This document shows, one piece after another, positions 1-9,549 of a DNA stretch of 64,000 nt. Source of the DNA: Fibrobacterales bacterium (lineage in GTDB: Bacteria; Fibrobacterota; Fibrobacteria; Fibrobacterales; JAOPTW01). The stretch covers positions 64,001 through 128,000 of the forward strand of contig JAOPTW010000027.1 in NCBI GenBank assembly GCA_051532035.1, written 5' to 3'. The notes below the pieces were generated by a model that had not been told where the DNA came from, did no database searches, and saw only the letters and a program-made list of their open reading frames with translations. Each line of letters begins with the position of its first letter. The stretch's first letter is position 1. Position numbers and translations under genes: made by a program.

Positions 1-3000
1 TCTATTTTAACACCATAGCATCAACTACTAGTTCAGCCTACGCGAATAGATATATTAAACTTTCAGTTAAACCAGAAGTCACCCTCACCCTCGCTATAGC
101 TGGATCTGGCGCTGTTGGTGCCGTAGCCCCTTCAACCACCGTATTCTCATCTGGAGACAGTAGTCAAGTTACCGCTCTCCCTCAATTTGGTTGGGAATTT
201 GAGAGGTGGTCGGTCGATACCGTTGATAGCAAAACCAAAGCAACTATCAGAAAACCAATTACCTCTACGACCTATGTCGTTGTTGATTCATCTACCACCA
301 TGACGGCACATTTTACTCATAAACCAATCGACAACACTCTGTTAGCTACCAATGAACCATTTAATTTTAAGGATGATGCTAAGGATGATGATGATTTTGT
401 ATTCTTTAAATATACAGCGCCCACAAATGGCGACTATGTGGTTACCTATCAAAGCAACAGTATTTTTGCAGACACCCTCATTGTATATAGTGACTCACTC
501 TACACCAACATCCTTTCTAAAAACGTTTGTAGCTGCCCGATACTATTCTCCTCAAAACTATCTCTTACCCTAGATTTGACCTATTATATCAAAATTGCTC
601 CCAAAAAGGGCTCAACTCCTGATAGGGATTTCACCATTTCTGCAGACACTAGCGTTACGGTTGCGATTGGCCCCACAACCCACGGGAGTGCAGAGTTTAA
701 CCCTACAGGATTACATAATGATACTGTCGCAATTTCTGATGACGACATTCTAACCATTACGGCGATACCAAACCTCTCATTCACATTCTCCTCTTGGGTA
801 TCAAGCAAAGAATTGGCTACAAGTTTTAATGATGAGATGGACAACCCCACATTCTTCATTACTACCGAAGATGCGATAATCACTCCCCTGTTCACTTATG
901 AAGAGCCCCATATTTTTAACACCCCCGACACCATATTCTCTTTCGCTGAAGATGCATTTGAGGGAAACTATTCAAAAGGTGTACTCATAAAATACCCTAT
1001 TGTTGATTCTGGTTACTCACTCCTTACCTTTGAAGATACTACCAGCTCAAATCGCATTTTCACCGTACTAGAGGCTTCTGATTCAACTTTTTTAACAGCG
1101 CTCAAAGGAAAATCAAGTTCTAATACAGTAATCCTTCCTCATTTTACTACTCAGATCAAGGACTCAACGTATTATAGAGTTTTCGCATCAACTACCGCCC
1201 TGGATAGTTTCACCATCACTGCAGAAAAGGCTGTTGGCATTAGAACGTTTGTCAATGGATCCCCAGCCCTTGGATCTATAAACATTAACCCCACTTATAT
1301 CACTTATGAAGGACCACTCAGTGACACAATCGTAGCCCTCCCCAAAGAAGAAGTCACACTTACCGCCGATGCTATAGACGGCTTCTCTTTTAGTCATTGG
1401 AGTACCGCGTATGCATCTCCTATAGCATTCGACACTACCGGTAAAGCAGTCACCCTTTCAACTGACTCATCAATATCAGTTACGGCACACTTTAAGAGAA
1501 CCACACCTCATGTCATTACAGATAGTGCACAGACCTATAACTATACAAATGACGCATCAGACCAAAACTGGGACGATGGATGTTATTTTATCTATCGAGC
1601 CCCTACCACTGGAGAGTACGAATTGCTCCTTAATAATTACGGGAAAAACTCTTCTAAATACCTCTACCACTACACAGATACAACCTATACAACAACAGCA
1701 TCATCGTACACTCGAAGAACCAGCCTCATTATAAAATCATTAACCGCCACTACCAAAGATCAAGCTTTCTATTTTAAAGTTAAGCCATCTTCTGGTGATA
1801 CCGCACTCAACTTTGAAATTCAGGCCCTCAGAAAACTTACTATCGCACTCACTACCGACACCACAAAAGCTACAGGAACGGTACAAAACATTACTGTAAG
1901 TCATAGTCAAGGGGACACCATCCCCATTCATGCTTATCCCAGTAAAGGACATGGATTTGATAAGTGGATTGTCATTTCTGGCAACCCAACTGTGATAGAT
2001 TCAACCGACCCAAATACAGAGATCATTTTGGGTGATCAACACATCACCCTAAAGGCAACCTTCAAACTCGACTCCATAAACACTGCTCACGAAAAACCCC
2101 AAGAGTATCAATACTACAATGACTCTAAAAAGAATCTTTACACTCAGGAGGGGATCTGGTTTAAATATCAAGTACAGATCCCCGGACCGCAACTCATATC
2201 TATCACCAGTAATGACGACACCTATAACCGCTTCGTATATTACGGACTCGACTCCACCTTTTCGCTCCCCGACAGTGTAGAAATTAAGCAAGATGGAAGC
2301 TTCTATCATTCTTTCAGTGGAGTTAAAGGCGAGATACACTATTTTAGACTCACCACGAACGCGTCAAGCTATCGTGACACCTTTATCCTAAAGGCACAAA
2401 AATCATCAGCAATTACGACTACAGCTACAGCAGGTGGCTCACTGCAATACAAACCAACCATAGAGGATGATGCAGCACTCAAACCTGAAGATGAGTTTTT
2501 CTTAACAACACCTCTCTCATTTGTTGCAACACCCGAAACCGGTTATCAGTTTTCTCACTGGGAAGTAACGGGTCTCGGTTCTATCGGCGATCAATACTCT
2601 ACCGCTACCATTATTATACCCATCACTGATATAAACGTTACTGCTCATTTCAAAGAGACGGACAAATTTACCATCACAACCAAACCATTGCGCTATAACT
2701 ACACCGACCACGCTGCGGCTGGTGACCCTCGCAATGGAGTCTGGTTCACCTTTACCGCGCCTCATACGGCAAAATACATCGTGACAATAGACGACCCCTC
2801 AGAAGAGATGCTGTCAGACAAGATTTTCTATCACTACTCAGATTCAACCTTCACCTCTTATATCGGTAAAGAATCCGGCATTAAAGATGAAGACCACACC
2901 TTTGAAGCACTCGCAGGAGAGACCTATTACTTTATGGCAACGGTCAAAAAAGCCGAAGAGTACAACAAAGATTTTATCATTTTTATCAAAGGACGCTATA

Positions 3001-4052
3001 GTGCTTTTACCCTCTATTCTACAAGTTTTGAACCAGAGTATACTCCTATAGGTGCTAGTAAGCCTCTTAATTTTAGGGCCACAGGATCTTGGGAAATGGG
3101 CCCCGCCTCTCTTGATGCAGGGCCTGACGAAACCTTTGATGGCGTTCAACTTGCTGGTACAACAATTAATGGGCCTTATGGTAATACTGTCAGCGATTCT
3201 CTAAGAGTAGACTTCCTTATCTTACCAGAGTTCGACGATATCGAACTCTCTTTTGCACACTGGTTTGAAGCAGAAGAAAATCGCGATATTGGGAGAGTTA
3301 TGGTAAAAGAAAATAGTGCCACCGAATGGGAAAAAGTCTCTTCTTCTAATAGTTCAAAAACAAAATGGAACATACGCACCATAGACCTGGGCGACTATGC
3401 AGGCGATACTATCTCACTTCTTTTTGTTTTTGACTCTGACGACATTCTCACTTTTGATGGATGGTATATTGACGACATAGCTATTGCCCTCATGATGGAT
3501 GATACTATTGGCCCCCTAGGCGAAAGCTCTATTGACCCCACTACTATCCCGATCATTCCAGGAGGCCCTAATGACCCTTCAGTTATCTCAGGCGAGGCAG
3601 GAACCGGTAATCCGGGTGACACAGAGACACCGACAGGCCCTGCAGCAATTCCTCCACGCGGTTCAGGTGGCTTCCACCCCGACCCCAACGGAGGCGAATG
3701 GGTTACCATTGGCCTTGATACTGTTGCCCACATCGACACAACAAGAGGCGACACATTACCACTTAATAAAGAAGGCCTACCATCAATTCAAGCAATAAAA
3801 GATAGTATTGCAGTACTTGATAGTATCGCACCTATCACCCCACATTTTTCAAGTCGGTTTTCTTCACTCTCTATTATTCCCCACGGTACCAGTACAATAG
3901 GCGTACCAATACATGCACGCCTCATTACACTCTATTCTCTTGATGGGTCTGTGGTATATCATTCTCCAATCAATGGAGCCCAAGAGAGCATTTTCGAAAT
4001 TCCGATGAGTGTTCGCACCGGCTCAATACTGTTCATGGAAATTGAAGAATAA
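1..4052 (+). CDS. Large surface/secreted protein, 5'-truncated by the window. Alternating InlB-B-repeat-like and beta-sandwich modules, a MAM/choice-of-anchor-J-like domain, a Pro/Gly linker and a T9SS-like C-terminal tail.
   Basis: The frame is open from base 3 (YFNTIAST...GWEFERWSV...) into the listed ORF at 300. Repeated GxxFxxW...VTAHF motifs; LSFAHWFEAEENRD...FDGWYIDDI; C-terminal TLYSLDGSVV. Confidence 0.75.
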   Translation, partial: YFNTIASTTSSAYANRYIKLSVKPEVTLTLAIAGSGAVGAVAPSTTVFSSGDSSQVTALPQFGWEFERWSVDTVDSKTKATIRKPITSTTYVVVDSSTTMTAHFTHKPIDNTLLATNEPFNFKDDAKDDDDFVFFKYTAPTNGDYVVTYQSNSIFADTLIVYSDSLYTNILSKNVCSCPILFSSKLSLTLDLTYYIKIAPKKGSTPDRDFTISADTSVTVAIGPTTHGSAEFNPTGLHNDTVAISDDDILTITAIPNLSFTFSSWVSSKELATSFNDEMDNPTFFITTEDAIITPLFTYEEPHIFNTPDTIFSFAEDAFEGNYSKGVLIKYPIVDSGYSLLTFEDTTSSNRIFTVLEASDSTFLTALKGKSSSNTVILPHFTTQIKDSTYYRVFASTTALDSFTITAEKAVGIRTFVNGSPALGSININPTYITYEGPLSDTIVALPKEEVTLTADAIDGFSFSHWSTAYASPIAFDTTGKAVTLSTDSSISVTAHFKRTTPHVITDSAQTYNYTNDASDQNWDDGCYFIYRAPTTGEYELLLNNYGKNSSKYLYHYTDTTYTTTASSYTRRTSLIIKSLTATTKDQAFYFKVKPSSGDTALNFEIQALRKLTIALTTDTTKATGTVQNITVSHSQGDTIPIHAYPSKGHGFDKWIVISGNPTVIDSTDPNTEIILGDQHITLKATFKLDSINTAHEKPQEYQYYNDSKKNLYTQEGIWFKYQVQIPGPQLISITSNDDTYNRFVYYGLDSTFSLPDSVEIKQDGSFYHSFSGVKGEIHYFRLTTNASSYRDTFILKAQKSSAITTTATAGGSLQYKPTIEDDAALKPEDEFFLTTPLSFVATPETGYQFSHWEVTGLGSIGDQYSTATIIIPITDINVTAHFKETDKFTITTKPLRYNYTDHAAAGDPRNGVWFTFTAPHTAKYIVTIDDPSEEMLSDKIFYHYSDSTFTSYIGKESGIKDEDHTFEALAGETYYFMATVKKAEEYNKDFIIFIKGRYSAFTLYSTSFEPEYTPIGASKPLNFRATGSWEMGPASLDAGPDETFDGVQLAGTTINGPYGNTVSDSLRVDFLILPEFDDIELSFAHWFEAEENRDIGRVMVKENSATEWEKVSSSNSSKTKWNIRTIDLGDYAGDTISLLFVFDSDDILTFDGWYIDDIAIALMMDDTIGPLGESSIDPTTIPIIPGGPNDPSVISGEAGTGNPGDTETPTGPAAIPPRGSGGFHPDPNGGEWVTIGLDTVAHIDTTRGDTLPLNKEGLPSIQAIKDSIAVLDSIAPITPHFSSRFSSLSIIPHGTSTIGVPIHARLITLYSLDGSVVYHSPINGAQESIFEIPMSVRTGSILFMEIEE

Positions 4053-4070
4053 CGGTTTAAGTAACAAAAA

Positions 4071-4108
4071 TCAACCACTACACAGAAACTAATCTCTGTA
4101 GTGGTTGA
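4071..4108. terminator. Hairpin between convergent genes, probable terminator
   Basis: tcaaccacta(ca)caga ... tctgtagtggttga inverted repeat. Confidence 0.6.
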
Positions 4109-4156
4109 TCATCTCTTCACTATAATTGGAAGAGAATAATACTATATAAATTCTTT

Positions 4157-4459
4157 TTAATAGAAGCGCGGTGTGTCATCACCGGTCAGTATATGATAAC
4201 CGAGTGTAACCGCTTTTGTAATCCTTGACTCTTGATCCCCTTTACGAAACGGCATCTCTTCTTGGCACACAGAAAGTACAATACAATCTGAGTCATCACA
4301 ATCGACACGACCATCTAAATCAGTATCAATACCATCCATACACAAAGCAGCTGAACTCTCCTGACGAAAGTCAACATCTGATTTCATACCGGTGCCCATA
4401 CTGATTAATACCGTAATAAGCAGTCCGGCAATAGCAATTACAGCCGTATAGCATTTCAT
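4157..4459 (-). CDS. Small exported protein with a Cys/Asp-rich putative Ca2+-binding motif
   Basis: Hydrophobic N-terminus; CMDGIDTDLDGRVDCDDSDC. Confidence 0.7.
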   Translation of the reverse strand: MKCYTAVIAIAGLLITVLISMGTGMKSDVDFRQESSAALCMDGIDTDLDGRVDCDDSDCIVLSVCQEEMPFRKGDQESRITKAVTLGYHILTGDDTPRFY

Positions 4460-4884
4460 GTTTCTTCTTCACTCGTTGTGCGAGAATAGGGGTGATACTA
4501 CCCGTGATTTGAGACAAAGATACATTCCTCTCAGACCTCAAACCAGTCGTAATCCCATAAAGGCCAACACTTTACACAAACTTAACAGTGTAAATTATTA
4601 ATTTTCTCTGCGCTCAATTTTATCACTTTACATTGCACTTACTATCACATCCAGAGCATTCCCTATCCCACTCTATAAATCTTAAGCAACCCACAGCCCC
4701 TCCAATTCCAATAAACCCGTAAACTCGAGAGTATACCACAAAACATCTACACTTCTCAATATCTACTTATTATCAATATCGATAGAACGGGTAATCACAT
4801 TTTTACCAAATGCGACTTATCACTTTTTTACAGTGTAAATTTTTATTACATTGCGATCAAAGCTGAATAATAAGGCAGGACTCC

Positions 4885-5265
4885 ATGAATAGATATCTTG
4901 GTATCAGTATAGTGTTTATCATCCTTTTCCTCGTGGTTAAGGCTCAGTTTATGGACGACCCTCAGCCAGCCCACTTTGATAACAAACCCAACAAAACACA
5001 TCTCTATGTCACAAGCGATTCGTTAGCCGCACACTTAGGAACAGATCCTAATAGTGGCACCATAGATCACTATCTCAGTTACCGTGATCGAATTAAAATT
5101 CACGAACGGAAAAATGACTGGGTCCGCTTTACTCATTACTTTGAGGGTAAAAAACTTGGACTAAATGGCGATGCTGCCTTTTGGATCAATGAAGCATTTC
5201 TCAGCAGAGTACAACCTCCCGCTAAAGAGAGCCCAACGATTGATAGTGTTGATGTAGTAGAGTAA
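4885..5265 (+). CDS. Membrane-anchored protein with a bacterial SH3-like domain
   Basis: N-terminal TM segment; YVTSDSL...IKIHERKNDWVR...FWINEAFLS pattern; RBS agga. Confidence 0.6.
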   Translation: MNRYLGISIVFIILFLVVKAQFMDDPQPAHFDNKPNKTHLYVTSDSLAAHLGTDPNSGTIDHYLSYRDRIKIHERKNDWVRFTHYFEGKKLGLNGDAAFWINEAFLSRVQPPAKESPTIDSVDVVE

Positions 5266-5397
5266 CTACTCAAGAGCATCGCTATAAACCCATTACAAAT
5301 ACAGATTTGAATCAAATACCCAAGACCCCGCATCATTTAAAAAAAGACAGTATCGTCGGAGTAACTATTTTTTACGTTATTACTAAAAAGGTACACG

Positions 5398-5775
5398 ATG
5401 GATATTCGATACGGGATAATTGCAGCGCTCTTTGGTGCGTTTGGAGTGGTGATAGGGGCATTTGGTGCTCATGGACTTAAAAACATATTAAACCACCACC
5501 AGACCCTCGAAACATTCCAAACGGGGGTGCAGTACCAATTTTACCACACCTTTGCCCTCTTTACTATTGCCCTCTGCATAAAGCTTTACCCCCACCCAAT
5601 GCTCAATTGGGCAGCCATCTCAATGATCGCTGGTATCATCCTCTTTTCAGGATCTCTCTATATTCTCAGCCTTACGGGCATTAAGGTTTGGGGAGCCGTT
5701 ACTCCCTTTGGTGGACTCTTATTAATTATAGGATGGGCTCTTCTTGGACTATCTCTTTTCAAGCAACACCAATAA
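5398..5775 (+). CDS. DUF423 (YgdD/TMEM256) family membrane protein
   Basis: GAFGAHGL, FQTGVQYQFYH, LFSGSLY, GAVTPFGG motifs. Confidence 0.92.
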   Translation: MDIRYGIIAALFGAFGVVIGAFGAHGLKNILNHHQTLETFQTGVQYQFYHTFALFTIALCIKLYPHPMLNWAAISMIAGIILFSGSLYILSLTGIKVWGAVTPFGGLLLIIGWALLGLSLFKQHQ

Positions 5776-5806
5776 CAATCAATGATCATGACAAAATACA
5801 ATACAT

Positions 5807-5846
5807 AAAAAAGCAGCCTAGAGTTCTACTCTAGGCTGCTTTTTTT
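5807..5846. terminator. Bidirectional rho-independent terminator
   Basis: aaaaaagcagcctagag-ttcta-ctctaggctgctttttt between convergent genes. Confidence 0.9.
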
Positions 5847-5874
5847 AGATTTATTCAGTACTACTCTATAGCTA

Positions 5875-6903
5875 TTATGGTACCGTTGTACTTGATGAGC
5901 TTAAAAGTGGCTCAGCAGCATCATAAAATGCTTGCGCCTCGACAAGACCCTCTTCAACAGTTTCGATGAAAGTACATCCATTTTTATCAGTATCACGACA
6001 TTCACTACCACCAAACTTTTCATAGCGAACTCTCCATGGGTCTATAGTATAGTCCGATACACCATTTATAACATTCGTTCCATCTTCATCTGTCGTTCTG
6101 TAAAACATGATGTATTGTCCAACATCTTTTAAGAGGTACGTAATTTGATGAAGCTTCTTCTCTGCATCAAAGAGATAGAGAATTTGTTTGTACATTTCAT
6201 ACGGGCTTTTCGTAGCCTGTCCATCAATTTGAATCTGATAAGGAAACATTCCAGCTACACCATCAAGAAAGTAACTGACAAACCCCATAGGTGGGCGCGT
6301 GTTACTTACCATAAGATTGAATCTACGCTCATGAGTCGCATTTACGGTGGTTTCTTTGCCATCCGCATCTTTTACAGTATATGTCCTAATTACATCTTTA
6401 TCCATTTTAATACTACGAGCACCTTCAATAATAATACCACCAATATTGAGAACACCATTTTCGATTACCAAAGTAGAATCACCAAGAGCATTTTCATGAG
6501 ACTCAGGAATGCTACTCGAAAGTGATTCGTCACTCGAATCGTTATCTGATGAAGACTCATTCAATGATGATGAGCTTTCTCCTTTTGAGCTGCTTGACTC
6601 TAAAACAGAGCTCGTATCATCTTCACTACTTTCAATTGTATCTGATGATTCTTCCTCTTTATTCTCTTCAGAAGAGTCAGTATCGATAGGATCGCCACCA
6701 ACATCTGAACTTTCATCAATAGCTCCATCTGAGCTTTCAACGGTATCTCCACCATTTTGGCTATTGTTCTCATTATCACTTGATAGTTCAGTCTCCGAAC
6801 TACTTTCATTTTCTGAAATATCAGGTGATGTTTGTGCATCATCTGAACAATTAAAGAGTGCTACAGCTGCAGCAATAAAACATGCGTGTTTAAAAAATTT
6901 CAT
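5875..6903 (-). CDS. Lipoprotein with a Ser/Glu-rich linker, unknown C-terminal domain
   Basis: Signal peptide ending LFNC-S; repeated ESS motifs. Confidence 0.8.
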   Translation of the reverse strand: MKFFKHACFIAAAVALFNCSDDAQTSPDISENESSSETELSSDNENNSQNGGDTVESSDGAIDESSDVGGDPIDTDSSEENKEEESSDTIESSEDDTSSVLESSSSKGESSSSLNESSSDNDSSDESLSSSIPESHENALGDSTLVIENGVLNIGGIIIEGARSIKMDKDVIRTYTVKDADGKETTVNATHERRFNLMVSNTRPPMGFVSYFLDGVAGMFPYQIQIDGQATKSPYEMYKQILYLFDAEKKLHQITYLLKDVGQYIMFYRTTDEDGTNVINGVSDYTIDPWRVRYEKFGGSECRDTDKNGCTFIETVEEGLVEAQAFYDAAEPLLSSSSTTVP

Positions 6904-7235
6904 AATTCCCCCCAGAATTATATGAGAAGCTCAGCACCAGTATTAGTGATAGTCTTCACTATAGAGCCCTCTGAATGTATATGTGCACCTTAAATCTATT
7001 AACGAAGGAGAAAATCCGCATAGAATCCCTCTATCCAGCTACCTGTTTTAGCGATATCTGTTCACTAACTGTTCTTCTACACGCAATAACAACCTCTATG
7101 CCCGTTTTTGTACTTTTGAGCACTCTCCACAATGGTCCCTACTATTCTCATTTTTTTACTCTTAATCATTGCATCCACATTTTTTGAATGATACACTGGT
7201 TACACAAATATGTTTTACACCTACAAAGGAATACC

Positions 7236-7499
7236 ATGAGTTTAATTGAGTACAATGAATTTTGGAACCAAGTACAAAACCTCCTCAAAACGATTAAATG
7301 CGAAAACACCCCACTTGATTACCAGCTCTATGCTGTTGAAGAAGATGATGAACTCAATACTGTAGTTCTATCTCATTACGAAGAGAAGCTCGATCTCCTC
7401 AAATTCGATATGGTTGATACACTCCCTATCAATATTGCCTATCACAGACTCATGACCCTTTCACATTCGATTAAATCATTTTTTAAAGTCGCCTGCTAG
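7236..7499 (+). CDS. Hypothetical protein (start moved to ATG 7236)
   Basis: aaagga RBS precedes ATG 7236; 87-aa ORF. Confidence 0.55.
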   Translation: MSLIEYNEFWNQVQNLLKTIKCENTPLDYQLYAVEEDDELNTVVLSHYEEKLDLLKFDMVDTLPINIAYHRLMTLSHSIKSFFKVAC

Positions 7500-7647
7500 C
7501 CACGTATCTTTAAGATACATGCGATTATACCCTGCCCCCCATTAAATCCATTTTTGGGGGGCTCATTCACATAAACTATTGTGAATAGCAATAAAAATGG
7601 AATATATTAAATAGGCTATTATACCACTCTGCTCGAATTGAGGCCTA

Positions 7648-7782
7648 ATGTATATTCTATTTATTGTATCAATGACTGCTCTCTGTTGTATCTGTTGCTC
7701 TGATTATGATGGCTCTGCTCTTTCCAATTCAATACATCCATCCTCTCAAGAACAGACTTTTGAGCCTCCAAAACCTCAATAA
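7648..7782 (+). CDS. Putative 44-aa small lipoprotein (not in the ORF track)
   Basis: gagg RBS; MYILFIVSMTALCCICCSDYDGSALSNSIHPSSQEQTFEPPKPQ*. Confidence 0.4.
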   Translation: MYILFIVSMTALCCICCSDYDGSALSNSIHPSSQEQTFEPPKPQ

Positions 7783-7800
7783 CATATTCTGATTCAATTC

Positions 7801-8214
7801 CTAATGTACATCACTCTTTGCTAAGAGTACTGCAACCTCTTTTACAATAGCAATATCTGCTGCAGCCCACTCTACACACCATAATTCAGCATGAGACAAC
7901 CACCGAAGCTCTTCGTGTTCATGGAGAATAATTTTGACAATTGTCGATTGTGTAACGGCACAAATAAACGGGCAGAGCAGTATGTGAGGTCCATCAGTAT
8001 AATGCCATTTAACCGGTGATAGAGCACGCTCAACGAGGACATCGATTCCCAGTTCCTCGGCAATCTCTCGTTCAACGGATGCGGCATGGTTTTCACCCTG
8101 CTCAACTTTCCCCCCAGGAAACTCCCAAAAACCCGCCATTTTCATAGCAGTTCCACGTTTAACAGCCAAAAGCTTCCCATTATCGATTATTACTGCACAG
8201 GTAACGGTAATCAC
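7801..8214 (-). CDS. MutT/NudG-like NUDIX (d)NTP pyrophosphohydrolase
   Basis: WEFPGGKVEQGE...REIAEELG Nudix box; WAAAD tail. Confidence 0.92.
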   Translation of the reverse strand: MITVTCAVIIDNGKLLAVKRGTAMKMAGFWEFPGGKVEQGENHAASVEREIAEELGIDVLVERALSPVKWHYTDGPHILLCPFICAVTQSTIVKIILHEHEELRWLSHAELWCVEWAAADIAIVKEVAVLLAKSDVH

Positions 8215-8283
8215 ATAATCCTCATACTTGCTACAAGACCCTTTAGAATCATTGCACTCATAAAAAAATAGTACTATAATAAA

Positions 8284-9459
8284 ATGACTATGGCTATTAA
8301 AGAAGTTACCCTCGAAGAGTTAGAAAAAACTCTCACTTGTAGTATCGACGAAGATGGATATGTTGCATCAGTAACAGTCGTTAAAGAGCTCACCCTCAGA
8401 GAAGTCACTCAAGAGTCACTCAAAAAATACCTCAATGAACACGATGTCTGTGTCGGGATTTTACCCTTTGGCTTAAAACGTATTATCAATGGTATAAAAA
8501 AGAGTACCATCGGTGTCCCTACAGTTATCGCCCGGGGAACGCCTAAAGAAGAGAGTATCGAAGGGATATACGCCTCACCTTTTGTTGATAGTGATAAAAA
8601 CAATGCTCCCATTGAAGGCATACGTAAAGTACGCGCAGGTCAAGTAGTCCTCACCTATAAACCTGCTGTACGCGGCAAACCTGGCATACGTATCTCTGGT
8701 GAAATGGACCCCGTAACACCGTTTCCTCTGCATGATAAACCCATACCTGCCTCAAATATTCAAGTAATAGAAGAGAACGACACCACATCATTTATCTCTA
8801 TGCAACATGGGCATGTAGCTATTAACCGAAATAGCTGGTCTATTGAGACAACTTATACTCATGTAGGCCCCTTTACTTCTGACTCAGCCCCCATTAACTT
8901 CCCTGGGGATATCGTTATACGCGGCGATATAGAAGGGGGAACCGACCTGAATGTTAAAGGAAACCTAACCGTGGTAGGCTCAATTAACCGTGGTGCAATG
9001 ATACACACCGATGGAGTCTTGACAGTACAAAAAGAGATAGGATGTGGAGATTCAGGACACTGCAGTGCAGACGTTACGATTATTGCTAAAAGCTGTACCG
9101 GGAGTACCATTAGTTCAAAAGGCGATATTGTCATTCAAAGTATGGTAATGAATAGTACCATTCACTGTGGCGGAACGTTTGCCACTCCCAAAGGGGTCAT
9201 TATGGATAGCACCATCCACACCCTTAAAGGCTGTACCATTCATAGTATTGGCGTTCCCGAAAAAGAGACCCAAAACTGTATCACCGCGGGAGTATTTACC
9301 GACCCCCTCGACCAAGAAGAGACTCGGGCCCCCGATGCACTCATTACCATAACTCACGACATCTACAACACAACCACCCTTATAAACGGCGCAAAACAGC
9401 TCGTTTTTAGTGAACTTACCCACGGACCAACACGGGTGAAGTTTTTTGAAATTGATTAG
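8284..9459 (+). CDS. FapA/DUF342 family protein
   Basis: IARGTP, PAVRGKPG..ISGE, INFPGDIVIRGDI and beta-helix repeats. Confidence 0.8.
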   Translation: MTMAIKEVTLEELEKTLTCSIDEDGYVASVTVVKELTLREVTQESLKKYLNEHDVCVGILPFGLKRIINGIKKSTIGVPTVIARGTPKEESIEGIYASPFVDSDKNNAPIEGIRKVRAGQVVLTYKPAVRGKPGIRISGEMDPVTPFPLHDKPIPASNIQVIEENDTTSFISMQHGHVAINRNSWSIETTYTHVGPFTSDSAPINFPGDIVIRGDIEGGTDLNVKGNLTVVGSINRGAMIHTDGVLTVQKEIGCGDSGHCSADVTIIAKSCTGSTISSKGDIVIQSMVMNSTIHCGGTFATPKGVIMDSTIHTLKGCTIHSIGVPEKETQNCITAGVFTDPLDQEETRAPDALITITHDIYNTTTLINGAKQLVFSELTHGPTRVKFFEID

Positions 9460-9549
9460 CAAACAACTCTCACTCACTCATGAATAAGAAACCTCTCCCA
9501 AAAGGTTCTTTACTATCTTTTCCCCGATATAATTCGTTTCTTGGATACT

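Noticed and set aside
4585..4841. Repeated acagtgtaaatt (4585 and 4830) in a divergent promoter region
   Set aside because: A 12-bp AT-rich match in two copies is too weak to call a binding site without genome-wide support.
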